A stretch of DNA of 64,000 nt from the human T2T-CHM13v2.0 reference genome, Homo sapiens: NCBI RefSeq assembly GCF_009914755.1, contig NC_060928.1; one strand, 5' to 3'. Position 1 is the first letter of the stretch, and every line of letters starts with the position of its first letter. This document shows, piece after piece, positions 1-14,397 of the stretch. Below the pieces are notes generated by a model. It had not been told where the DNA came from, did no database searches, and was given only the letters and a program-made list of their open reading frames with translations. The position numbers and the translations under genes were made by a program.

Positions 1-162
1 GGAGAGAGGCCTGGAAGACACCCTTCCCTGGCACCTTCAGAGGGAACTTGGCCTTGCTGATGTCTTGATTTTCTTTTAGTCTCCAGAACTGTGAGACAAT
101 ACATTTCTGATGTTTAAGCCACTCCATTTGCAATACTTTGTTACAGCAGCCCTAGCCAACTA
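1..162 (+). mobile_element. MLT1 (MaLR) LTR, 3' part
   Basis: ctccagaactgtgagacaatacatttctg...ttgttacagcagccctagccaacta is the MLT1B/C 3' end; followed by (GA)n at 163-183. Confidence 0.8.
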
Positions 163-285
163 TGAGAGAGAGAGAGAGAGAGACTTCTGAATAAATCCCA
201 ATTCTTAGGCTCTAACTAAGTGGGGTTGTTGGTGCAGCGAGCTGCTTAGTGACCACCATAGGAAATGGGTTAAAGACGACGTGGA

Positions 286-581
286 GGCCAGGCGCGGTGG
301 CTCAAGCCTATAATCCCAGCACTTTGGGAGGCCGAGGCGGGCAGATCACGATGTCAGGAGATCGAGACCATCCTGGCTAACACAGCGAATCCCCGTCTCT
401 ACTAAAAATACAAAAAATTAGCCAGGCGTGGTGGCGGGCGCCTGTAGTCCCAGCTACTCAGGAGGCTGAGACAGGAGAATGGCGTGAACCCAGGAGGCGG
501 AGCTTGCAGTGAGCGAAGATCGCACCACTGCACTCCACCCTGGGCAACAGGTCGAGACTCCGTCTCAAAAAAAAAAAAAAA
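286..581 (+). mobile_element. AluY
   Basis: Full dimer, gagatcgagaccatcctggctaacac diagnostic, poly-A, degenerate TSD aaagacgacgtgga/aaagaatacatgga. Confidence 0.95.
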
Positions 582-1374
582 GAATACATGGAAATGTCAG
601 CACACTAGACTAGGTACCTATTAAGAGGGTCACATCCAGTTTTTTAGTTGTATCTCTTCAACCTAGAAGTCATTGCTACACACTGCCTGCTGGAGACAAA
701 AATCATTGTGAGCTTTTTAAAAAAATGGATCACTTCTCTATTACATAAGTTCAATAGAATCTAACATCGCAAGGCATAGTTCATAGTGCTCTCAGAGCCA
801 ACAGTTACAGTAACTTGGCAATATAAATCTTGGTAGTATTGACAGAAAGTGTTTATATAGATATTTCCAAATACCTCAACTTAGGCAGAAAAGTAGGAGT
901 GAAAAATTAACAAATTGCACTCAACAATAGTTTAACAAATTGATTTCCACTAATATGAAAATGAAAAAAGATTCATATCTTGGGTGAATATTAATTTGTA
1001 TGTTCTTTATAGAGGGTCAAATTCATCTTTAGGGTGAAATACATAAATCAACCCAATAAAAACTATATATATCAAGAAGAGCTAGAAATTTGTTCCCTGA
1101 AATGAAGCTTTTGCTTACTTCTAACTTGATCTTCATTTATTTGTTTTTTGAGAGCAAATGCATCATCAGACAATTGCTATCTTATTCACTTTGTAAATGA
1201 TTTTAGATGATGTTGATTGTGCTAAAGGGATATAAGTTATATGGTAAATGGGAGAAAGGCTGTTTTTTGTTTATGGATTGCCTAGGATAAGTGGATATAA
1301 GACGTGGGAACGTTCGATGATGGAGTGTGGTGTGAGGAGAAGGAGAAAGTAGGAAAGAGGCAGTAAATGGACAA

Positions 1375-2106
<732 letters not shown>

Positions 2107-2229
2107 AAAAATCCACTCTTTCTTCCAGTGATTTTACTTCTGCTTATTAGAAAATTGTCCTAATATACTGAAAATTGGAACAAGACACTTAACTGCCATC
2201 TGCCAGAAAACTGTCAAAATATATGTACA

Positions 2230-2809
2230 AATCAAGAAGTAACCTAAGTATCCATCAACGGACGAATGGATACAAAAAATGTGGTACGTATACATAATGG
2301 AGCCAATTCAGCCATAAAAAAGAATGAGATCCTGCCATTTACAACAACATAGATGAAAATATGGACTTAATGTTAAGTGAAATAAGTCAGGCACAGAAAG
2401 ACAAACTTTACATATTCTCACTCATTTGTGGAAGCTAAACATGAAGACAATTGAACTCATGGAGAAGAGTAGAATCATGGTTACCAGAGGCTGGGGAAAA
2501 TAGTGGGGCGACAGGGAGTGGGGATTGTTAATGGGTACAAAAATATAGTTAGATAGGATGAATAAGATCTAGTATTTGATAGCACAACAGGGTGATTACA
2601 GTCAGCGGTAATTTATTGTACATTTTTAAATAACTAAAAATCGAATCGGCATGTTTGTAACACAAAGAAATGACAAATGCTATAGGTGATGGATACCCCA
2701 TTTATCCTGATGTGATTATTACATGTTGTATGCTGGTATCAAAATATCTCATGTATCTCATAAATATATGCACCTACTATGTACCCATAAAAATTAAAAA
2801 CAAACAAAA
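2230..2809 (+). mobile_element. L1MA-type 3' end
   Basis: ORF2 end (tatccatcaacggacgaatgg, cagccataaaaaagaatgagatcctg), 3' UTR and A-rich tail. Confidence 0.9.
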
Positions 2810-3360
2810 GTCAAATCTCTGGTGTCTAAATGTGGAATGTGGTTCCTTTGTGCAGTACACAACCTGCAGAGACTTAAATGGCAAACAGCCCCAAAATATG
2901 GCACATAATAGGTGATGGTTTAATGCATATTTCCTCCTCTCCTCTCTTCCTCTTTCTATCTCTGTCTTCCTTTATTTTTACAGCCAGGGCACTCCCATTG
3001 GCAGATCTTACAACTTTACCTGGGCAGTCTGCATCCTAAATGGTGTTGCCACAACTCCTAATAAAGGGTCTCCATGGGGAGCAGAAGTTATCAAGACTGT
3101 ACCCCTTCAGTAATTGACTTTTCCAGTCCCCACCCTTACTCAGGGTTGACATATCCATGCTGTTTCTCATTAGCCCACCACCTTTTTATCTCCTCAAGAC
3201 TGTGAAACCTGAGGAAATCAAAAGGAGCTCCTCAGTATAAAAAGGCAGCTGAACGCTGGGCTAGAGTAGCTAAATGGGGAAGCAGTCGGGCAAAGGCGAA
3301 GTGAGGCTGGACGAGTGCTACCGAGTCTGCCGTTTAATCTTACTTCCGCGATCCCTCCTT

Positions 3361-3438
3361 ATCCTCTTTTCTCTGTATCTTACAGCCCCCTTCTGCCCTT
3401 TCCTTCCCTCATTATCCAACTCAGTGTTCATATCACAT
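3361..3438 (+). repeat. 78-bp exact direct repeat, copy 1 (copy 2 at 4015-4092)
   Basis: atcctcttttctctgtatc...gttcatatcacat is identical in both copies. Confidence 0.97.
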
Positions 3439-3510
3439 GTCCATGGCCAACAGCCTCCTAGTCACCCCAATGTTTGCGCACATAATTGATGACTTCAACT
3501 TGCAAGAGTT

Positions 3511-3821
<311 letters not shown>

Positions 3822-4014
3822 CTAACACACGGCTCAGTGACTTTCATCTCCATTCTATTGCAGCTACCATACTCATCAACAAATATTGCAACATTTTCAA
3901 AATCACTGCTCCACTCACCCCACTCTTCAATTGAAACCTCTGCTTCCAGTTGTCTTGTTCAATTCTCTACTGTAACAACTCCTTGGTGTCATTAAGATTT
4001 CTGGTCCACTAACC

Positions 4015-4092
4015 ATCCTCTTTTCTCTGTATCTTACAGCCCCCTTCTGCCCTTTCCTTCCCTCATTATCCAACTCAGTGTTCATATCACAT
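4015..4092 (+). repeat. 78-bp exact direct repeat, copy 2
   Basis: Identical to 3361-3438; offset 654 bp. Confidence 0.97.
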
Positions 4093-5697
4093 TATTATAA
4101 TTGGTGTATTATAGATAACTGGAATTCCCTTGATTCTCTCACCTTTTGTCGCATTTACCTGGCAAAATCCTAACCCAGGATGAAACAGCATTCACCTGAG
4201 CACCTGGGCGTTGCCACATTTATACTGTGTTGCAGTCCTACCTCAGACCTCAGACAAGCTTAGTTTCCCACTGTCCCAGTGACTTTTGTATGACTTGCTT
4301 GTCAAACTTCCCACCCCTTCCTTCATTTCTCTCAACTGATTTTCAGCTGACGAACTTATCTTCTTTGAGAAAACAGAAGCCATATGGTGGGAACACCTTC
4401 ATCTTTCCATCTCGGTATCTACAGGCCTTCCTGTGTCTTCATTCACCTCTTTGCTGTTCTCTTCTAGAACATCCCCCCTTCACATGTTGTCTTTGTGCCT
4501 TCTCCTTTTTCCTTACCTTACTGTCATCCCCACCACCACCCTTGCTACTGGATCATACAAGCATCCTCAAATTCCTCCCCTGATCCAATCTTTTTTTAGT
4601 AATTGCTCCATTTCTCTGCTTCTCATCATTGTCAAACTTCTTAAAAGAGCTTTCTGGCTTTTATCTCTACAGAAAAAGAGTATTTTACTCTTGTCAGTTT
4701 TCACTGACTGCCCAACACGACGGACCCTATTCAGTCCTCATTTTAATTAGCTTGGTAGCAGCAGTCAACAAAGTAGGAAACTCCCTCTTCTTAAAGCACT
4801 TTCTTCTTTTGGCTTCTGGGGCACCACCCTCTCCTAGTTTTATAGCTACCTTCCTACATCCTTCTGTTCTATTCTACCTCTAAGTATTGGATTTTCTCAT
4901 GGGTTTGTTATAGGCCTCTTTTTTCAACACTCTCTTTAGGTCATTCTCGACATTCCCATGTTTTAAAATACCCCCTGTGCAATGATGATTCCACCCCAAC
5001 TTCTCTTCTGAGCTAAAGATCTAGTGGCTTCCCCAGCCCGGCCAGTCACATGGCTACACCCAACCACAGGAGAGGGAGTAAGAACGATCCTACCATGTGC
5101 CTTGAAGAGTAGAAAACCAAACATATTTGGCTGATTTATCCATGACTAAAAAATGTGATAATGACAAGAAATTAGGTCATGTATGGTGATCAGTTTTGCA
5201 TACACAGGTATTAGGCCACCCTCAAGTTTTACTACATGGATGACTACACAGAGCAGCTTCCATGTAAACAATGTAAATGCTTTAGAGGCCTATGGTGATA
5301 TCCTGGGATGTCAAAGGAAGAGGAGGAGAAGCAATTGCAAAAAAAAGAAAAAGAAAAAGATTGAATGGCTTACTTAACATCTCTGCTTGAATGTTTAACA
5401 GATATCTTAGGCATGAAATGTCTATAAAATTCTCAATAATCACTTCACTTCCCAAAATGTTTATCCCAAAGCCTTCACCATTTTAGTAAATGGGATCATC
5501 CCGTAGCCCAAGCCAGAAACCCGAGAGTCATCCTTCATTTTTCCCTCTCCCTTACCTCTCAGATCTAATCCATCACGAACATTTTGGACTTTACTTCCAA
5601 AATATGTTTCCAGTTCATGCACTTCTCTCCATTTCTACTGCCATCAACCAGGTTCAATCAACATCATCGCTTTCCTAGGCAACTGCTCCTAACCTGA

Positions 5698-6016
<319 letters not shown>

Positions 6017-6361
6017 TCTTGTGGCCTTTCAAACCACATTCCACCCAGCAGCCATGGTAGTTGTTATACAGTGCAAATCTCACTGTGCCATTTCCTTGAT
6101 GAAGACTGTTCAGAGATTTTCCATTGCTCTTGGAATAAAAGCTGAATACCATTTCGTGTCCACACAAGCCAGCCCTGTATAGTTTATCTCTTTTCATCTT
6201 TCCACCCTCATTTCATCCCCCCTGCCCCTCACTCACTGTTCTTATATCCTTTTCCATTTTCCTCTACATGCCAAGTCTTCTCCTTCCTTGGGGCTTTTGT
6301 ACATGCCCTCTATTTGGAATTTTCTTCCTTTAATCTTTGTAAGGCTGGTAACTTTGGGGTT

Positions 6362-6664
6362 TTCTTTTACTTATTTATTTATTTTTATTTATTTATTTTT
6401 TGAGATGGAGTTTCGCTCTTGTTGCCCAGGCTGGAGTGCAATGGCACAACCTTGGCTCACTGCAATCTCCGCCTTCTGGTTTCAGCCTCCTGATTGGCTG
6501 AGATTATGGGCGTGCACCACCATGCCCGGCTAATTTTTGTAGTTTTAGTAGAGACGGGGTTTCATCACATTGGCTAGGCTGGTCTGGAACTCCTGACCTT
6601 GTGATCCACCTGCCTTGGCTTCCCAAAGTGCTGGGATTACAGGTGTGAGCCACTGCGCCCAGCC
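6362..6664 (-). mobile_element. AluS with small internal deletion
   Basis: (TTTA)n tail; lacks the caagcgattctcctgcc segment; TSD ggggt(t/c)ttctttta. Confidence 0.93.
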
Positions 6665-7293
6665 GGGGTCTTCTTTTAAATTTCACCTTTCCTGTCCACC
6701 CTGTGTCAAGTGGGTGATATTCTCTCTCTCTCCTAGTGCCCTGTTCTTTTTCTTCACAGCCCTTATCACTATTACACTTTCATGTTTATTTCTTTGTTCA
6801 TTTGTTTATGCCTGGTTCTCCCACTAGACTGGCAGCCCCATGAAGGCCGGTACCATGTTGGGTTGTCCTCCACTGTAAGCCCAACACTTAGCATAATGCT
6901 TAGCACCTAGCAGGCACATTTGCTAAATTTTTTATTGAATAAACTTGTTACATTTTGGTTAGGTCCGTTATTACTTCTGGACTTTAGCTTCCTCACCTGG
7001 ATTACCTGAAGTATCACTCTAAGATTAATAAAATGATATAAGAAGTGTTACGAGTCATTGTGTTTTTAAAACCATGTGTTTCCATTTTAATTAGTACCTA
7101 TTAATTCCCTGCTAGGGAAAATGAGGAAATTAGTACTCCCACTTCCTTCCACTTTCCTCCTCTCCTGTTTTTGTTATATTATTTTATTAAATATTGGCAA
7201 AGTGTATAACATTAACACCTGTTTTGCAGCTCTTATTCCCTTAATGGCTTAATCTTAATTTTCTATTTAAATGGATTAATTGCTTACCATCTG

Positions 7294-7440
7294 TATACAT
7301 TTAGGTTCTTGGTTTTATGCAATGAAAACCAACTTTGGTTAACTTAGAAAAGGAATTGATCAGAGGATATTGGTGGTTCACAAGTGGGAAGACCAGGGAA
7401 TCCTATTCAGAAGATGGGAGGGAACCAAGGGCGACTAAGC
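7294..7440 (-). mobile_element. Old MLT1 LTR fragment
   Basis: ttaggttcttggttttatgcaatgaaaaccaactttggttaacttag resembles the MLT1K/L terminus. Confidence 0.5.
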
Positions 7441-8201
7441 AGTGGGAAAACTCCCCTGGAGACCTGCCATGTGATTCTCTGGTTAGGCCACACCCAGGGC
7501 CCACCCACTGGGCACTCTCTCCCTCTCTTTCTCTCTCCTTATCTCTCCTTCCTTCCTCCTTTTTTCCCTTCTTCCTTTGCATTTCTTCTGCCTCCTCCTT
7601 TGCTGTAGTATGTTTGGATGGTTTCTTGTCATCTCGTTTCCTTTTTCTTATGCTTTCTGTGAGCAGATTTTACAAACTGTCTGCTCTAATAGAGTGTAGA
7701 TGAATCCCTGTTGACCCTTCCACTGTATCTGAGCCCTCATCTTTTCCTACTCTGAGTTGTTAGAAGACTGGATGTTTTGTTTTCTTTTTGTTTTTTGATT
7801 GATCCTTGGGAATGGGTAAAGCAGAGGGAAGATGGGGAAGAGGCAGCCGAAGCTCTGGGAGACCAGCAGAAGACCCACACTCTGTTCAGTGTTCTGATTT
7901 TATCAAGTGTCTTCTATGAGAATTTACCCCAGCTAATTGCGGTGGATCATATTCTCATGTGCCGGAGTCCCCAGGCTCCAGATTACCCCATACCCCCTCA
8001 CCCAACCCGCAGCCCTGGATTCACTGAATGGCCTTGAAACCTTCATTTCTGGCAGAGAAAAATGGGCCTCTGGTATCTCCTCCCATGTCATCTATCTCTA
8101 CTTACAAGCCATTTCTCTTCTTTCCCAACTGAAAATGTAAAGGTATATCCTCAAGTCACTGCTTTTCAGATTTGGAATAAAGTGGTTGCAGTTTAGGATT
8201 C

Positions 8202-8493
8202 TTTTTTTTTTTTTTTTTGAGACCGAGTCTCGCTGTCGCCCAGGCTGGAGTGCAGTGGCGCGATCTCGGCTCACTGCAGGCTCCGCCCCCCGGGGTTCAC
8301 GCCATTCTCCTGCCTCAGCCTCCCACGTAGCTGGGACTACAGCCGCCCGCCACTACGCCCGGCTAATTTTTTGTATTTTTAGTAGGGGTTTCACAGTGTT
8401 AGCCAGGATGGTCTCGATCTCCTGACCTCGTGATCCACCCGCCTTGGCCTCCCAAAGTGCTGGGATTACAGGCGTGAGCCACCGTGCCCGGCC
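8202..8493 (-). mobile_element. AluY, Ye-lineage-like
   Basis: Sense strand reads GAACCCCGGGGGGCGGAGCCTGCAG and GGCGACAGCGAGACTC. Confidence 0.9.
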
Positions 8494-8517
8494 TAGACTG
8501 GATAATTTTAAGATTAG

Positions 8518-8930
8518 TATGATGGTTAATTTTATTGTCAACTTGGCTAGGCTATGGTACCCAGGTGTTTGGTAAAACACTAGTCTCCATGTCACTGTGA
8601 AGGTATTTTGAAGATGTGATTAACACTTAAATCAGTGGACTTTGAGTAAAGCAGATTACTCTCCTTAATGTGGATGGGCCTCATCCAATCAGTTAAAGGC
8701 CTTAAGAGAAAAAAGACTGACTCTACCAAGGACAAGGGTATTCTGCCTGAAGGCTGCCCTTGGACTTGAGCTGCAACATCAACTCTTCTCTGGGTGTCCA
8801 GCCTGCTGATCTGTCCTGCAGATTTTGGATTTGCCAGCCCCCACAATCACATGAACCAATTCCTTAAACTTAATCCCTCTCTCTTTCTCTTTCTTTCTGT
8901 TTCTCTCTCTCTCTTTCTCTCTCTGTTGCT
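8518..8930 (+). mobile_element. MLT2D-like ERVL LTR
   Basis: gatggttaattttattgtcaacttggctaggc start; gggcctcatccaatcagtt; CT-rich end. Confidence 0.85.
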
Positions 8931-8964
8931 GACCTCTATAGGATCCACCAAGATGAATTTGTGG

Positions 8965-9204
8965 CAAAGAAAAGAGGCAGATTCTGGAGTCAGACTGCCT
9001 GGTTTCAATCCCCAGCTTCATGACTTACTTTCTGTATGATGGGCAATTTACATATCCTCTGTGTGCCTCAACTTCCTCATTTGTAAAATGGGACAGAAGT
9101 TGGCATGTATCTCATAAGATTATATGAGAATTAATTGAGATATTAGACGCAGAGCATTTAGAATAGTTTCTGATACATAGCAATTCCAATAAATGTTGGC
9201 TATT
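8965..9204 (+). mobile_element. MIR
   Basis: ctggagtcagactgcctggtttcaatccc...cctcaacttcctcatttgtaaaatggg. Confidence 0.85.
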
Positions 9205-9790
<586 letters not shown>

Positions 9791-10204
9791 CATCATGCGG
9801 TTATGCTTTCAAGACACCTGAAAACAAGTTAGCTTGCTGGGTGAGCCTAGTTAACATTTCACACTTCAACACTGGAGCATGTCTATCATAAAAATAATTT
9901 TTGTTTAGGCCTAATTGATAAAGAGCTATTTTTTAGACTCAATTAGGCGACGACATCAGTTGCTTTGGAGACTTCCCTGGGTTTTTGAGACTAAAGCCAT
10001 GACATCAGGGTGGAGAGAATTCTTGCTGTGCTGCTTATCACAGCAGGGAGTGTGCCCCCACATCACACTAAATCCTACTTGTTCCTTACACAAGCTGCTA
10101 GTATGAGAGACCCAGACTGACAATGTGCTGGAAGGAAGCCAGGGGCCATAGACTCTTGGTGAAATGGGGGGAATGATCATATTCTTATATCCATTCAACA
10201 TATT

Positions 10205-10430
10205 TTTTGAGCACTTACTCTTTGCTAAGTATTATAAACTTTCTGTATAGCATTTTATTGTTTAGGCAGTGTTTCATGTGCATTGCCTCTTTTAATAACC
10301 CTACGAGGAAGGTAGAACATATTGTTATCCATGTTTTACTGGGGAAGAAGCAAAGTCTTACAGAGTTTAAGTGTCCCTTTAAGGTACAGAAGTAGCTGAC
10401 CTGGGACAAAAACCCACTTCTTTACTTTCT
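10205..10430 (-). mobile_element. MIR
   Basis: ttgagcacttact...aataaccctacgaggaaggtag antisense MIR pattern. Confidence 0.6.
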
Positions 10431-10636
10431 TCTGCGCCTCGAGTAATAGAGGTTTGCACCTTATGAAAATAGGGGTGAATATACTTTTTAATAAAAGCCA
10501 TAGGAATAAACTGTTTAGTAGTGATTGGTATCAACCATCAGATAGCATTTAAATAGCTCTGGCAGAAGATCTCCTCAAGGAACGTGTTGCAGCTTAAGGC
10601 AGTTAATCAGATATTTCCCATTGCAAAGAGTTTCCA

Positions 10637-11090
10637 TGTGTCTGGGGTGCTGTGAGGCATCACTCAGATTCCCCTTTTAGGACTGAGGGACTTAATTCCC
10701 TTAACTGCCAGGAAGGTTGTTGGCTGACGTCTTTCTCTGGAAATTACCATCAGGTGGAGAGAGAGCATTCTTGTTCAAGGTCATCCCCGTCTCCCCACCC
10801 CCCGCCCCCGCCCCCGCCCCCGCCCCTGCCCCCGTCTTGGGGCAGCCCACGCCCAATGATTGGCCACTACTGAGGTATAAAAGCCCAGCCCCTTTGTCCA
10901 GACCCGGGACAACTCTGAAGAGCCATGCCTGCTCCAGACCTCCCTGTGGGGTTGGCTGAGACCGTGTTGTGGTGGCACTGCAGTCCAGCCTCTCTCACTG
11001 CCACTTCCTTTCCTCTGCTCCACTGGTGTTGAATCAAGAACACTCCCCAGCACACCTCTGCACAGAAATCATCTGAGTCCAACTTGCAAA
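10637..11090 (+). mobile_element. LTR16C-like ERVL solo LTR
   Basis: cagattccccttttaggactgagg, gggacaactctgaagagccat, gttggctgagacc match the LTR16 consensus. Confidence 0.85.
10793..10882 (+). promoter_or_regulatory. Candidate LTR promoter: GC-box array, CCAAT palindrome, TATAAAA
   Basis: Six CCCCCG/CCCCTG units at 10799-10834, CCAATgATTGG at 10853-10863, TATAAAA at 10876-10882. Confidence 0.45.
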
Positions 11091-11157
11091 ACTAGGTCTC
11101 AGTGTGAGGTAGAAAGGAGGTTGTTCTCAGGTCTTTATTTTGTGAGAAAATACTCAC

Positions 11158-11181
11158 CTTTGAGATCTTCTTTCTTTGATC
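11158..11181 (-). other. Candidate 24-nt microexon
   Basis: ttttttgggatttcctttttaag|GATCAAAGAAAGAAGATCTCAAAG|gtgagt on the minus strand. Confidence 0.25.
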
Positions 11182-12343
11182 CTTAAAAAGGAAATCCCAA
11201 AAAATTGACCTCCTTTGAAATTCACTACATTCTTTTGCTGAACGAGACAGTCTGCCATTTGTTATTTCCCTTTATTTACTAACGTTCACTCTAGTTTTAA
11301 TTTGTCTCAAAATGTGAATAGCCAAGCCTACTTGAACCAATTTTGCAATTGAAATTTGTTGCAGAACAGAAAATTACGTGAGGAACTTGAAGGACGAGGC
11401 ATTTGTTGGAACAGGAAATGCAGAACATTATAGCAGAGTGGAGTACTTTTGGTAATGATGCATGGGACTGAAATGATGTGAAAGGGAAATCATTTAACCA
11501 TGTAAATTGAACAAAGGAGAATTCCGTGATAATGACCCCAGGCCCTAGTATTCAGGAAAAGAAAATGGTGGGCATTGGAATGAGGTCACCCTGACGCATG
11601 TGGCATTGCATCTATCAGTTTGCTTTGGTTTGGCAACCTGGTTTGATTCTCTGCCAGAGCATAAGTTGGTTTTCATCTCAACAGTCCTTTTGCTCCTTGA
11701 AGGGTGAGAAAATAGGCCCATTTTTCAATATACCACAAAATATTTTAGGGTGAACTATTTTAGGGAAGGAGGATTTTAACAAACAAGTTGGTGACTCAAT
11801 TTGATCCAGAGTTTCCAGGTTGAAGCAGTTGCATTTGCTAGAGAGAAGGAAGAGGAGGAAGGGCTGTTATTGTTGTCATTGTTTTTTCTAATATTTCCTA
11901 CCAAGCAACTGCTTTGGGATAATAACAAAATGATTTTGCTATGGAAAAAATGCAGAGAAAAGAAACGGGGGCTCTTTGATTGGCTAATAATGAACATAAA
12001 GGACTTCATGCTTGCTGAATGGCAGATTGAAATTCAGTGTGTATTCATGCAGATCTTATGGGGGTGGTATTGGATTGGACCACAAATTAGTGCTGGCATT
12101 AATGAGATGGAAGCTGTAAAATGCAGAGTTCCAATAACCATGATCTCTGATAAGGCCCAATTGAAAGCACCCAGACCGTTCAGACAAGTTCTATGTGAAA
12201 GCAGAGCAATAAACAACAAAGAGATATTCAAAATGCGGGAAAAAAATTGAGGATTATATAACTGACTAAACTGGTATCAGAGTGCTTGGTTAAAACATTA
12301 ATGCACAGCTGAGTGACAAACATAGACTTGCATAGAATAATGA

Positions 12344-12680
<337 letters not shown>

Positions 12681-13220
12681 CTACTCAAATGATCAGAGAG
12701 AAGGATTATACCTCTTCGTTATAGGGAAGTTAGTCTAAATCTGGAACTGCACTGTGACAATACCACTACTTCTAGCGCTAACACCAATATGCCTTCTGTG
12801 TGGTGGGTATCATGATTTATGGTTTACAGCACCTTTTCATATGTGTTATCCATTTGATCCTGATGGTTTTTTCACATTGATAGTTGCATACATGTTTGTG
12901 CACCCAGTTAGCTTCTGAATTCCATGACTGCAGGAACTGAAGTCTTATTCCTTTTATGAAACACCCCCTCTTTCCATTTAATTGTTCATGAATTCTCTTA
13001 GGCAATTTGTTTCAAACAACATTGCCAGATGGCAGACATCCTTTTTTCAGCATTTCTAGGATTACCTGGCATATAGAACAAGCACCATTATGGCAAAATT
13101 ACATAATTATATTAAGTTGATAAATGAATGAATAAAATATACCACATAACATATTAACATGGGTGGATAGTATTTGGATGGCATTGGAATTCTTGGATGG
13201 CCATAGTCTGCAAAACTCAC

Positions 13221-13443
13221 CTTCAACCACTGTCCCTGTATTCCATTATCCAAGTAGGCTAACAAGGTCTTGGCAAGTATGTGTGTGTCTTTATCAAACC
13301 ACTTGGCTTCCTGGAACTCCATTGGTAAGCTTTCAGGAATTCCTTCTTCAGTTTTCTGTGAAGGTGAACCGAATGGTTCCTCTCCTCTTAGTGCCACCAT
13401 TCTTATTTTTTGCTCAATCTCCAACCTCTTCTTTTCTGTACCT
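13221..13443 (-). other. Candidate exon, 223 nt, open frame GTEKKRLEIEQK...NGIQGQWLK
   Basis: Consensus donor AAG|GTGAGT, weak acceptor cttccctag, non-repeat sequence; protein not recognised. Confidence 0.3.
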
Positions 13444-14097
13444 CTAGGGAAGCCCTGGGTCATGAAGCAGCTATTGCCTGTCCAGCCTGCTTTTTGTTCA
13501 AGGTACACACAGTGATCTAAATATCCTGTTGCTGTGGTGCTATGGGGGACAAGATTGGTGGGAGACTTTATTTCATTTTTCTGATTGTCACCATCTTGCT
13601 TTTATTCTTCTACACCCTCATTTTCCATATAACCTGAGAGTTACTTCAGTGCCCTTTGGGTCTTCAAGGGCCTTTCTGGGAATCCTGTCCTTTCTCCTTT
13701 CCTTTTTGTAGTCTGTCCTTGCTATTACAGTTTGATACATTTGTGTCCAGCACAGAGCCTGGCATACAGTAAGTGCTTAGACAATGTTGAAATGAAGGAA
13801 ACTACCCTGCAAGAGAGAGGCCCTTCTGTATTCATTGTATATCTGAGGAGCAGTACAACCAAGAAAAGTTACATCCACAATTTTAGGTTGATAAAAGTGT
13901 GCAGCTGAGAAGATGCTTAGAGATCAACTAAGCCTCCCCCGCATTCCCATTGTTTGTATTCAGAAGAAAATTAAGTAAGAGGTGAATCAACTTTTCCAGT
14001 ATCTAGTAGTTAGTGGGTAGTTTACTAAACACTGGAACTCTGAGTTGTGGTCAGTGTCTGTCTCTTCACATGTTTTTCTTTTTTAAAAATATTTATT

Positions 14098-14388
14098 GGC
14101 CGGCCGCAGTGGCTCACACCTGTAATCCCAGCACTTTGGGAGGCCGAGGCAGTCAGATCACAAGATCAGAAGATCGAGACCATCCTGGCTAACACGGTGA
14201 AACCCTGTCTCCACTAAAAAATACAAAAAATTAGCCAGGTGTGGTGGCGGGTGCCTATAGTCCCAGCTACTTGGGAGGCTGAGGCAGGAGAATGGTGTGA
14301 ACCCAGAAGACGGAGCTTGCAGTGAGCCAAGATTGCACTACTGTACTCCAGCCTGGGCAACAGAGTGAGACTCTGTCTCAAAAAAAAA
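14098..14388 (+). mobile_element. AluY inserted in the tail of an antisense AluJ
   Basis: Full dimer; TSD aaaa(t/a)atttatt. Confidence 0.95.
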
Positions 14389-14397
14389 TTTATTAAA

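Noticed and set aside
10652-11053. Poly-Pro, (PA)n and (GR)n ORFs resembling repeat-associated dipeptide proteins
   Set aside because: They come from a six-unit CCCCCG repeat inside an LTR; far too short and with no coding context.
11801-12250. Longest ORF in the window (149 aa)
   Set aside because: TTG start, low-complexity and Trp/Ile-rich composition, no recognisable domain.
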